Part shown: positions 12,616 to 21,731 of the stretch, piece after piece
Layout of the letters: each line of letters begins with the position of its first letter
How positions within the stretch are numbered: the stretch's first letter is position 1
DNA from: Spirochaetia bacterium
GTDB lineage: Bacteria; Spirochaetota; Spirochaetia; SZUA-6; Bin103
Direction: 5' to 3'
DNA length: 64,000 nt
NCBI GenBank assembly: GCA_965203515.1
Contig: OZ241907.1
Coordinates: forward strand, 1,760,001 to 1,824,000
The notes under the pieces: model-generated
What the model saw: only the letters and a program-made list of their open reading frames with translations
The model's database searches: none
What the model was told of the DNA's origin: nothing
Program-made: the position numbers and the translations under genes

Positions 12616-13501
12616 GAGTTTCCTGAAACAGCGTGGGCTGAGCATCATCATCGTGTAGAACGAGGCTTTCGCATCCGTCGAACTCGACGCCGTACGGCGC
12701 CAGGCGCTTGCTCATGACCCGTATCGCATCCGGGTTGTCGTCGATCAGGATGAAGTCGCGGCCGAGCCGCGCAGCGGCCTCGCCCAGCGTTCCGCTGCCC
12801 GCGAAGAAGTCGATCACCAAGTCGCCGGGATGGGTGTGCACGCGGACGATTCGCTCGATGATGCCGAGCGGCTTCTGCGTCGCGTAGCCGGTCTTTTCCT
12901 TGCCATTGGGACTGACGATCGTATGCCACCAGACGTCGGTCGGCGTCTTGCCTCGGGCTGCCTTTTCGGCACCGACCAGGCCGGGAGCCAGGTACGGAAT
13001 CCGGTCGATCTCGTCGTACCGGAAGGTGTAGTTTGCCGGATCCTTGGCGTACCAGAGGATGTTGTCGTGCTTGGCCGGCCATCGGGACTTGGAGCGGCCG
13101 CCGTAGTCGTAAGCCCAGATGATCTCGTTGATGAACGACTCGCGACCGAAGAGTTCGTCCAACAGCACCTTGCAATAGTGGACTTCCCGATAGTCCACGT
13201 GCAGGAAGAACGAGCCGTTCGGTTTGAGCACGCGCCGCGCCTCGCGCAACCGAGGTTCCAGGAAGCCGAGGTAATCGTCGAACGCGTCGGCATAGCCGCT
13301 GGAGCCGAGCTCGATAGTCCGATAGCGCTTGCCCTGGAAGCCGGTGCGGTCGCCGGTTACCTCATCCCGCACCGTGCTGATGGTCGTCCTGGACTGCGTC
13401 CGCCCGGTATTGAACGGCGGATCGATATAGACGAGCGCCGCCGACTCGTCCGGCACCGACGCTAGCGCTTCGAGATTGTCGGCAAAGATCACCTTGCCCA
13501 T
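12605..13501 (-). CDS. Site-specific DNA methyltransferase (N6-A/N4-C, beta class)
   Basis: Motif IV DPPF near the N-terminus, 'YATQKP', motif I DFFAGSGT near the C-terminus. Confidence 0.92.
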   Translation of the reverse strand: MGKVIFADNLEALASVPDESAALVYIDPPFNTGRTQSRTTISTVRDEVTGDRTGFQGKRYRTIELGSSGYADAFDDYLGFLEPRLREARRVLKPNGSFFLHVDYREVHYCKVLLDELFGRESFINEIIWAYDYGGRSKSRWPAKHDNILWYAKDPANYTFRYDEIDRIPYLAPGLVGAEKAARGKTPTDVWWHTIVSPNGKEKTGYATQKPLGIIERIVRVHTHPGDLVIDFFAGSGTLGEAAARLGRDFILIDDNPDAIRVMSKRLAPYGVEFDGCESLVLHDDDAQPTLFQETHGQ

Positions 13502-13550
13502 ACTCAACTCATCTATGAGGTATAACGCTCGATCCTTATGCCACGAGGAG

Positions 13551-14507
13551 TTACAACGGCGCAGCCTGCTCCGCCCCGGGGGAGGCGTCGCGTTTGAGGG
13601 TGCGGTAGGTCTGCTCGTCGATGCCGGTGGCGGATTGGATCACCGGCCACCCGACCCCCTCCCGCAGGAACCCTTCGATGGCCTCCATCAGGCCCTTTCG
13701 GCGGCCCTTCAACTCGCCTTCCTGCCGGCCTTCCCGGCGCAGCATCTCGCCACAGGTCATCAAATCACCTCTCAGTTCCGGCGCCATGCGCGGCTTCAGC
13801 TCATCCAGCGTGTCCGCCGGCCCGGTCTTCACAATGTACTCCATGAACGCCCGGTAGTAATCCACCCCGCCACGCGCCGGCTCCCGCTGCAACGCCGCCA
13901 GCAGCGGTGCGATCCGCTCCCGCGCCTCCCTCGGAGCCTGCTCGAAGGTGTGCATCATCGCCAGTTGGAGCAGCCGGCCGCGCAACGCCCCGGCCACGGC
14001 CGCCGGCGCCACCTGGGTCTGGTCCAACAGCAGGTGACGGAAGCGCGGCACCCAGGGCTGATCGCGCAGCGCCGGCGGGAAGGACTCCGCCAGTTCGGTG
14101 GCGTAGCGCCAGCGGCGCTTGCCCTGGTAGAACACCAGCGGCAGCACCGGGCGCAGGAACCGTTCCTTGGGGTGGGTGTGGCGGTCGGCCTCCCAGATGC
14201 GGCAGCAGTAGCGCAGCAAGCGCAGCGCCATCCAGCGGTCGGGGCGGGATTGATGTTCGAACAGCAGGTAGAGCCACAGCGGCGGCGCGGCCGCGGCGGC
14301 GGTGCGCACCTCGAACAGCAGGTCGGAGACGGAGCCGCGCAGTTGCTGGTCGACGAAGGAGCCTGGGGCGCGGCGCAGGGAGGACCAGAGGAAGCGGCGC
14401 CGGAGGGAGTCCGGCAGGCGGGCGCGGAGGAAGGCGGCAGTCTCCTCGGAGTCGGCGAACACTAGGCGGAACAGGTGATCGTGGGGCTGGCGCAGCGGCG
14501 GTGCCAT
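13551..14507 (-). CDS. Rpn/YhgA-like recombination-promoting nuclease
   Basis: 'PHDHLFRLVF', 'SFVDQQLR..SDLLF', 'YLLFEHQS', 'PVLPLVFYQG', C-terminal EGRQEG repeats. Confidence 0.9.
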   Translation of the reverse strand: MAPPLRQPHDHLFRLVFADSEETAAFLRARLPDSLRRRFLWSSLRRAPGSFVDQQLRGSVSDLLFEVRTAAAAAPPLWLYLLFEHQSRPDRWMALRLLRYCCRIWEADRHTHPKERFLRPVLPLVFYQGKRRWRYATELAESFPPALRDQPWVPRFRHLLLDQTQVAPAAVAGALRGRLLQLAMMHTFEQAPREARERIAPLLAALQREPARGGVDYYRAFMEYIVKTGPADTLDELKPRMAPELRGDLMTCGEMLRREGRQEGELKGRRKGLMEAIEGFLREGVGWPVIQSATGIDEQTYRTLKRDASPGAEQAAPL

Positions 14508-14666
14508 CACGCATTGACATCGACGCGGCGTCCGTGGCGCTTTTCGACGCGCGGCGCCGGCGAGATCGTGCGCGGCGGAGAATCGACGGTAGAAAGCGGG
14601 TCCCCATACGGTTCTCTCCTAGACCTAGAGCGTTGCTTCCGGCGCGGGTTGCGGCATGATCGCCGG

Positions 14667-16331
14667 TCATCCGCCGAACCCGAGCCGCTTCAGGTTGTCG
14701 GCGATGGCGGCGTCGAGTGAGCGCGCCTCTGCCTGCTGCTCGCGCCACGAGGAGGCGAGGCGCTTCATCTTCTCCGCGAACGGCTCGCCGTCGTCCGCCG
14801 GCGCTGCGGCGCCGACATACCGGCCGGGGGTGAGCACGTAGCCGTGCCGGCGCACCTCCTCCAGCGCGGCGCTCTTGCAGAAGCCGGGCACGTCGGCGTA
14901 TTCGCCGGCGCCCTCCTCCCCGCGCCACGCGTGATAGGTGTCGGCGATGCGGGCGATCTCCTCCGCGGTCAGTTCGCGGTGGGTGCGGTCGACCATGCGG
15001 CCGAGCTTGCGCGCGTCGATGAACAGCAGCTCCCCGCGCCGGTCGCGCAGCGCGCCGTTGCCGCGGGCGCGGGCCAGGAACCACAGGCAGGCCGGTATCT
15101 GCGTCGAGTAGAACAGTTGCCCCGGCAGCGCCACCATGCAATCGATCAGGTCCGCCTCGAGCAGGCTCCGGCGAATGGCGCCTTCGCCGGCTTGGTTCGA
15201 CGACATCGAGCCGTTGGCCAGCACGAACCCGGCCACGCCGGCCGGCGCCAGATGATGCACGATGTGCTGCGCCCACGCGAAGTTGGCGTTGCCCTTGGGC
15301 GGCGCGCCGTAGCGCCAGCGGCGGTCCTCGGCCAGCCGTTCGCCGCCCCAGTCGGAGACGTTGAACGGCGGATTGGCCAGGATGAAGTCCGCCTTCAGAT
15401 CGGGGTGGCGGTCGTCGTGGAAGCTGTCGCCGTGCTCGATCCGTCCGTCGATGCCGCGAATCGCCAGGTTCATCTTGGCCAGCCGCCACGTCGTGTAATT
15501 CGACTCCTGGCCGTAGATCGAGATGTCGGTCGCGGCGCCGCGCGGCGCCTTGCCGCCGTTGCCATTGCCGGTGGCGTGCGCGTCGATGAACGCGACCGAC
15601 TGCACGAACATGCCGGACGAGCCGCAGCACGGGTCGTACACCCGCCCCCGGTAGGGCTCCAGCATCTCCACCAGCAGCTTGACGATGCAGCGCGGGGTGT
15701 AGAACTCGCCGCCCTTCTTGCCCTCGGCGCTCGCGAACTGCGACAGGAAGTACTCGTAGACCCGGCCGAGCACGTCCTTGGAGCGGGCGTCTTCGTCGCC
15801 CACCTTGATGTTGCCGATCAAGTCGATGAGCTGGCCGAGGCGCTGCTGGTCGAAGCCGGGGCGGGCGTAATCCTTGGGCAGCACGTCCTTGAGCGCCGCG
15901 TTGTCACGCTCGATGCCGGCCATCGCGTCGTCGACCGCGCGCCCGATGGCAGGCTGCCGCGCCAGCGCCCGGAGGCGCTCCCAGCGCGCCTCGCGCGGCA
16001 CCCAGAAGATGTTTTCGGCGCGGTACTCGTCAGGGTCCTCGGGGTCGGCCCCCTCGCCCCGCTCCGCTTCCAGGACGGCATGACGCTCCTCGAAGGCGTC
16101 GGAGATGTACTTGAGGAAGATCAGCCCCAGCACGACGTGCTTGTACTCGGCGGCGTCCAGCGAGCCGCGCAGGGTGTCGGCCATGCGCCACAGCTCCGCC
16201 TCATGGCCGGTGGTGGCGCCGCTGGCGTCGGCGGTAACGGCTGCCTTGCGGGCGGCGCCGGCGTTGCGCCTGTCCGGCCGCCCGCGCGCCCGTCCTTCCG
16301 AATCGCCGTCCCTGATGATGAGTCGTGGCAT
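14667..16331 (-). CDS. hsdM: Type I R-M methyltransferase subunit M
   Basis: '[11 protein letters not shown]', 'GEFYTP', '[10 protein letters not shown]', 'ANPPFN', 'VLTPGRYVG'. Confidence 0.96.
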   Translation of the reverse strand: MPRLIIRDGDSEGRARGRPDRRNAGAARKAAVTADASGATTGHEAELWRMADTLRGSLDAAEYKHVVLGLIFLKYISDAFEERHAVLEAERGEGADPEDPDEYRAENIFWVPREARWERLRALARQPAIGRAVDDAMAGIERDNAALKDVLPKDYARPGFDQQRLGQLIDLIGNIKVGDEDARSKDVLGRVYEYFLSQFASAEGKKGGEFYTPRCIVKLLVEMLEPYRGRVYDPCCGSSGMFVQSVAFIDAHATGNGNGGKAPRGAATDISIYGQESNYTTWRLAKMNLAIRGIDGRIEHGDSFHDDRHPDLKADFILANPPFNVSDWGGERLAEDRRWRYGAPPKGNANFAWAQHIVHHLAPAGVAGFVLANGSMSSNQAGEGAIRRSLLEADLIDCMVALPGQLFYSTQIPACLWFLARARGNGALRDRRGELLFIDARKLGRMVDRTHRELTAEEIARIADTYHAWRGEEGAGEYADVPGFCKSAALEEVRRHGYVLTPGRYVGAAAPADDGEPFAEKMKRLASSWREQQAEARSLDAAIADNLKRLGFGG

Positions 16332-16410
16332 CCTCGCATCAACCTCGTCTCGGGTAGTATACGCGCTATCGGGCGGTATCGGCGGCCTTTACGCCGGTAC
16401 CCGCAGGAGC

Positions 16411-17382
16411 ATGACGCACGTGACGCTGGCACCTCGCAGAATACGCACCTCGATCGTCGGTTTGGTCGCCGCGGTACTCGCGATACTGCTGTGGGCCGGT
16501 TCGAGTTCGCCGGCGCGGGCGCATGAACGTCAGGACGGCGTGGCGCGCACCGCCGTGGTATCTGCCTTCGCGCCGGAGCTGTCGATCCTCAAGGCGGAGC
16601 TGGACGGCGCCGTCACCCATTCGCTGAACGGCGTGGAGTTCTCCGCCGGGACCCTGCAGGGGCGCCCGGTCGTATTGTTCCTGAGCGGCATCAGCGTCGT
16701 CAACGCGGCGATGACGACCCAGCTCGCCCTGGACCACTTCACCATCGAGCGGATCGTGTTCTCCGGCATCGCCGGCGGCGTCGATCCCGCGCTCCACGTC
16801 GGCGACCTCGTGATCGCCGACCGATGGGGCCAGTATCTCGAACTGGTCTTTGCCCGCGAGGAGGAAGAGGGATGGCGTCCGCCGCCGTTCTTCGACTATC
16901 CGTACCCCAACTACGGCATGATGTTTCCGCGCTCCGTCACCGTGCAGGGCGTGGGCGCCGGCGCAGGCGCGGACGCGCCGGAGACCCGCTTCTGGTTCCC
17001 GGTCGACGCGGCGCTGCTGGCCGCCGCCGGGGAAGCCGCCGCGGCGGTGACGCTCGCTCGCTGTACCGCGGCCGGCGCCTGCCTGCGGCGCGCGCCCAGG
17101 ATCGTGGTCGGCGGCGCCGGCGTCTCCGGGAGCGCCTTCATCGACAACGCGGCGTTCCGGGAATACACGTTCGAGACCTTCGGCGCGCGCGTGCTGGACA
17201 TGGAAAGCGCCGCGGTGGCGCACGTGGCCTACGCGAACGGCGTCCCGTTCATCGCCATTCGCAGCCTGTCCGACTTGGCGGGCGGCGGCGAGGGTGAGAA
17301 TCAGTTGGAGGTCTTTCTCGATCTCGCGGCCGGCAACGCGGCGGCGGCCGTCAAGTCGCTCCTGCGCGCGCTGCCCGCATAG
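16411..17382 (+). CDS. Secreted 5'-methylthioadenosine/SAH nucleosidase-family protein
   Basis: AGGAG RBS; signal peptide ending ARA; 'SGISVVNAA', 'FSGIAGG', 'DMESAAVAHVA', 'IRSLSD'. Confidence 0.85.
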   Translation: MTHVTLAPRRIRTSIVGLVAAVLAILLWAGSSSPARAHERQDGVARTAVVSAFAPELSILKAELDGAVTHSLNGVEFSAGTLQGRPVVLFLSGISVVNAAMTTQLALDHFTIERIVFSGIAGGVDPALHVGDLVIADRWGQYLELVFAREEEEGWRPPPFFDYPYPNYGMMFPRSVTVQGVGAGAGADAPETRFWFPVDAALLAAAGEAAAAVTLARCTAAGACLRRAPRIVVGGAGVSGSAFIDNAAFREYTFETFGARVLDMESAAVAHVAYANGVPFIAIRSLSDLAGGGEGENQLEVFLDLAAGNAAAAVKSLLRALPA

Positions 17383-17454
17383 ACCGGCCTTGAACCTTGA
17401 ACAGACCACTTGCCCATACGTGCCAAACGTGAGATATTGATACGTAGCAGCGTC

Positions 17455-17718
17455 ATGAGCACGAAACTCACCCTGAGCGTCAACGCTACGATCGTCCAAC
17501 GGGCGAAGGAGTTGGCGAGACGGCGACGAACGAGCCTCTCCGGACTGGTCGAGGAGTATCTCCGATTTGCCAGCGCCGGCCTTGATGAGCCGCCCGCCGT
17601 CAGCGTCCGAGTTCAGGCGGTTGCCGAATCACTGCCGATGCCGCCGGACGCTACCTACGATCGCTTGCAGGAGCAGTACCTGCGGGAAAAGCTACTCGGT
17701 GCGGAAGATTCTACTTGA
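17455..17718 (+). CDS. DUF6364-like RHH antitoxin
   Basis: 'MSTKLTLSVNATIVQRAKELA...SLSGLVEEYL'; overlaps the downstream PIN gene. Confidence 0.8.
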   Translation: MSTKLTLSVNATIVQRAKELARRRRTSLSGLVEEYLRFASAGLDEPPAVSVRVQAVAESLPMPPDATYDRLQEQYLREKLLGAEDST

Positions 17719-18163
17719 TTCCGACGTCATTCTGGATCTGTTCGTCTCGCGCGAACCGCATCACACGGTCGCCCTGCATTTCTTCTCGTGCATCGATCTC
17801 GCGCGAGACACCATCAGCGCAACGGCGTCGCCGGTGGCTATGGCCAACGTCGCCTACGTGTTGTCCAAGTTGAAGAATCAGGCATTTGCGGTGGGTAAAC
17901 TGCGCGAACTCAGAACCATGATCGGGGTGTCTCCCATCAACCAAACGGTCGTGGACCGTGCCCTGGCACGTCCGCATCGTGATTTCGAAGATGCCCTGCA
18001 ACGAGAATGCGCGCTGGAGAATGGCATCGAGATTCTCGTGACTCGCAACACCCGCCACTATCCCAAGACCGACGTCGCTATCCTCTCACCGGCTGACTTC
18101 TTGCAGCTTCACGGCGCCGCGCTGGCGCTCATGGGCGGCGGCGGACCGGGCAGACCGTCCTGA
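17699..18163 (+). CDS. PIN-domain (VapC-like) toxin
   Basis: GTG start; 'ILLDSDVILD', 'DFEDALQ', 'LVTRN'. Confidence 0.85.
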   Translation: MRKILLDSDVILDLFVSREPHHTVALHFFSCIDLARDTISATASPVAMANVAYVLSKLKNQAFAVGKLRELRTMIGVSPINQTVVDRALARPHRDFEDALQRECALENGIEILVTRNTRHYPKTDVAILSPADFLQLHGAALALMGGGGPGRPS

Positions 18164-18350
18164 TCCGCCAGCCGAACCAGAAGCTGCTTGCCCTCCAGCG
18201 TTTGGCGCGCCCAATACAGGTTCTGGTATTGATCGTAGCCGCCGTCGCTCTCGCTCTCTGCCAGCCTGGCCGCGCCGGTCGCGGTGGTGCCGCCGGACGG
18301 CGCCGCGCCGAAGGTCACGGTTGGGGCAGTCGTGTAGCCGCTCCCACGGT
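18061..18350. repeat. Copy 1 of a ~290-bp imperfect direct repeat
   Basis: Aligns by eye with 21380-21664. Confidence 0.9.
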
Positions 18351-19795
18351 TCGTGATCGTCACCGACGTGACGCCGGTTTGCAGCACTGCGGTGCCGATT
18401 GCCGTGGTGCCGCCGGACGGCGCCGCTCCGAAGGTCACGGTAGGAGCGGAGGTGTAGCCGGCCCCCGCGTTCGTGATCGTCACCTCCTCTACTCTGGTGG
18501 TCCGTAACGTCGCGGTGGCGCTCGCGCCGGAGCCTCCTCCTCCCGAAAACGATACGGTTGGGGCAGAGGTGTAGCCGCTCCCCCGGTTCAATAGGATTAT
18601 GTTCACCACACTACCGGAACTTATCGTCGCCCATCCGATTGCCCGGGTGCCACCGGCGGCCTGCGGAGCGCTGAACGTTACGGTTGGACCAGACGTGTAG
18701 CCGTTCCCCCCGCTCGTGAGCGTCACCGTCCCTACTTCTGATCGCAGCGTTGCGGTGCCGGTCGCCGTGGTGCCGCCGGACGGCGCTGCTCCGAACGTCA
18801 CGGTGGGAGCGGACGTGTAGCCGTTCCCCCGGTTCCCGATCGTCACTGACGCGACGCCGCCGGGCCCCACCGCGGTGCCGGTGGCCGCGGTGCCGCCGGA
18901 CGGCGGTGCGCTGAACGTCACGCTGGGAACCGACGCGTAGCCGCTTCCCGCAGTCCCGACCGTCACCGCGTCGACGGCGCCCGCCGCGGCGCCGGTCGCC
19001 GTGGTGCCGCCCGACGGCGGCGCGCTGAACGTCACGGTAGGGACGGAAGTGTAGCCGCTTCCTGCGGTCCCGACCGTCACGGCATCGACGGCGCCCGCCG
19101 CGGCGCCGGTCGCCGTGGTGCCGCCGGACGGCGGCGCACTGAACGTCACGGTGGGAGCGGATGCATATCCGCTTCCTGCGGTCCCGACCGTCACGGCATC
19201 GACCGAGGCCACCGCGGTGCCGGTTGCCGTGGTGCCGCCGGACGGCGCCGCCTCGAACGTCACGCCGGGAACGGACGCATAGCCGCTCCCCGGGTTCGCT
19301 ATCGTGACCGCCTGAACCGTGCCGACGGCGCCTGGCTCGATCGTGTCGGAGCCCGACTGATCCGGGGCGGTGAGCACCAGTACCACTGCGCCCGCCCGGA
19401 CGTCCGGGGTGACCGTCCACTCCGCGCCGGTGAGGTCGGACGCGAAGACCGGCTTGGCGCTCGTGCTCGTGAACGGCAGCGGGTGCCCGCCGATCGACAC
19501 CTGCACCTTCTCGCCCTCGCCGCCGGTGATCCGCTCCCAGGCATACGGCGCGGAACGGTTGGTCGTTGCGCTCAGCAGGCCCGCGCCGTCACCAAAGTCA
19601 GCCGCGCTGATCGTCCAGCTCTTCTCGGCCGGCTGGGCCGGCTGCGGGGTTGGCGGCGGCTCGCTCGGCGGTTTACCCCCCCCCCCCTTGGGCCGGGTCG
19701 GCGGGCGCGGCGGGCGTGCGGGCCGCCTGCGTGCACGCCATCAGCATGGCGATACCGGCGGCCAGCAACAGCGATACCAGCGACGCTCTGCCCAA
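18109..19795 (-). CDS. Repeat-rich lipoprotein (nine ~38-42-aa GSGYTSAPTVTF repeats), frameshifted at a G12 tract
   Basis: AGGAGG RBS, TTG 19795, signal peptide MGRASLVSLLLAAGIAMLMA-C. CAA-G12-TAA stops the frame; G11 or G14 joins it to the 18109-19506 ORF through a Pro-rich linker. Confidence 0.8.
19676..19687 (-). repeat. G12 homopolymer (C12 on plus strand)
   Basis: Direct count in gttta-C12-ttgg. Confidence 0.9.
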
Positions 19796-19871
19796 GATTA
19801 TCCTCCTGCCGGGCGGTTGGTCCCAGGCGGCGGCACGGTAGCACGCGCTCCCCAAGCTGTCCATCCCCACG

Positions 19872-19891
19872 TCGCTCGCTCGCTCGCTCGC
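19872..19891. repeat. (TCGC)5 tetranucleotide repeat upstream of the lipoprotein gene
   Basis: Direct reading. Confidence 0.8.
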
Positions 19892-19961
19892 GGGCGCATT
19901 TCCAAATGTAGGTAAGCGTCAGGCCGCTTGACGGCCAAGCCCAAGCCCTATGATCACCGGT

Positions 19962-21294
19962 CTACGGGTGCCCACGATCCTCGCCGGGGCGGCCGAATCC
20001 GGCGCCGAGGTGGCGGTAGCGGTGATGGGCGGCGCACAGCAGCCGGAGATTGTTCGGCTCGGCGGCGCCGCCGCAGGCATACGGCACGACGTGATCGATC
20101 TGCAGCAGGTGTTGCGAGCCGCAGCGGCGCCCGCTGGTGCCGTCCACGTAGCGGCAGCGGCCCCGGTCGCGCCGCCAGACCTCGCGCTTGACCGCCGCCG
20201 GGATGGCGCGGCCGGTCACGCCGCCGGCCTTCGCTGCCGAAGTTTCGGTCCGCGCAGGCGGCGCAGCCCGCGCCGCGCCCGCCGCCGCAGCCTGCCGGCC
20301 GGGGCGCCGCGTCTTCGCCGCCGAAATGGTGTCGGTCGCCGGCTTCGCTGCCGAAGTGTCCGGGCGGTCAGCGGCTTCGTCTCCCGGCTGCGCCGGCGCC
20401 TGAGCCGATACCTTCGCCGCCGAAGGAGCGGCGCTGTTCGAGCCGGCGTCCTGCTTCGCTGCCGAGGCAGCGCCGCGAGCCGAGGCCGCCTGCGTCTTCG
20501 GCGCCGAAGTTTGCTCGGCCCCTTTGGCCGGCGCGGCGCGCCGCCCGCGCGGCGGCCGGGCCGGGTCGTAGCGGTCGAGCCCTTCCCGCACCAGGCCGCC
20601 CCATGAGCTGCCCCAACGTCAGGTGCGGGTCGACGTGGGACAGGAGGCCCTTGAGCCGCTCCAAGCCCCGCCGGCACTCATCGTCGATCACCGCCTTGAG
20701 CTCCCAGCTCCCGCCGCCCAGGGGCCGCACCCGATCCGCCGGCGCCGCCAGCTCCGGGTCCACCTCGGCCAGCAACTGCATCACCTCCCGGCTGCTCTTG
20801 CCGGACGCCTGCTCCACCAGCTCCCGCCGCGCCTCCGAGTCCAGCGCCGGCGCCGGCTTCCGCTCCGCCGACCGCGGCGGCGCCGAGCCCTCCTGCGACT
20901 GAGCGGCAGCCCCGAACCCGGCCCCGCGCGGCGCGCTACGCGCCGCGCGTTCCTTCTTGCGCTCCTGCCGGTCGAACGCATGCTGCAACTGCGCGGCCGC
21001 GTTCTGCAGGCGCTCGCGCACGCCGGCGACGTCCGCGCAGAGCCGCATCGCCTTGATGCGCCGCCACGCCGCAGCGTCGCTGTAACCCAGTTCGCGCACC
21101 GCGTAATCGAACAGGCTCGAGAACCCGCGCCGCAGGTAGAGGCGGCGCTTATGAATCTCGCGCAGGTGGTCGATCACGACCACTTCGAGATGGTGTTCGA
21201 TGCCGGAAAGTTCCTTGGTCCGCTCCAGCAGGCGGTCGTCTGAGAGGGCGGATACGGTAGTGGTGACGGCCCCGTCGGAAGCACGATTGTACAT
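19962..21294 (-). pseudogene. HNH endonuclease (DUF222-like N-terminus) with a single-base frameshift near 20596
   Basis: N-terminal 'LYLRRGFSSLFDYAVRELGYS' in one frame; 'RAIPAAVKREVWRRD..C...QIDHVVP...NLRLLCAAHH' in another. Removing one C gives continuous MGRLVREGLDR. Confidence 0.8.
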
Positions 21295-21300
21295 GACATA

Positions 21301-21329
21301 AGTATAACCATGGAAACTACTTGAGTCAA
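21301..21329 (-). promoter_or_regulatory. Near-consensus sigma70 promoter of the HNH gene (leaderless)
   Basis: TTGACT-N17-TATACT, 6 nt before ATG 21294. Confidence 0.75.
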
Positions 21330-21379
21330 TTTCTTCGGCCCGGAAGATGCCACCTGCGGGAGTGACTCGGCGGCGCATT

Positions 21380-21664
21380 TCCCAAGACCGACGTCGCTAT
21401 CCTCTCACCGGCTGACTTCTTGCAGCTTCACGGCGCCGCGCTGGCGCTCATGGGCGGCGGACCGAGCAGACCGTCCTAATCCGCCAGCCGAACCAGAAGC
21501 TGCTTCCCTCCAGCGTTTGGCGCGCCCAATACAGGTTCTGGTACTGATCGTAGCCGCCCTCGCTCTCGCTCCCTGCCAGCCTTGCGCGCCGGTCGCGGTG
21601 GTGCCGCCGCCCGGCGCCGCGCCAAAGGTCACGGTTGGGGCAGTCGTGTAGCCGCTCCCACGGT
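21380..21664. repeat. Copy 2 (degenerate) of the ~290-bp repeat, containing the PIN 3' end and the lipoprotein 3' end
   Basis: Same sequence as 18061-18350 with three small deletions and scattered substitutions. Confidence 0.9.
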
Positions 21665-21731
21665 CCGTAACCCCGGTCACGTGAGTAAACGCGCGGTTGC
21701 GCGACCGGCGCGGCCCGCGTACCGTGGCGCC

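Noticed and set aside
16411..17382. SAH nucleosidase as a dedicated helper of the adjacent methyltransferases
   Set aside because: It has a signal peptide, so it is probably exported; adjacency alone is weak evidence.
18270..19320. CRISPR-like array
   Set aside because: Repeats are in-frame coding units of 114-126 bp without unique spacers; no cas genes.
20229..20509. Mini-CRISPR from palindromic repeats
   Set aside because: Repeats are only 14 bp, degenerate, irregularly spaced and within a reading frame.
18061..21664. Diversity-generating retroelement template/variable repeat pair
   Set aside because: Differences include indels and non-adenine changes, and there is no reverse transcriptase in the window.
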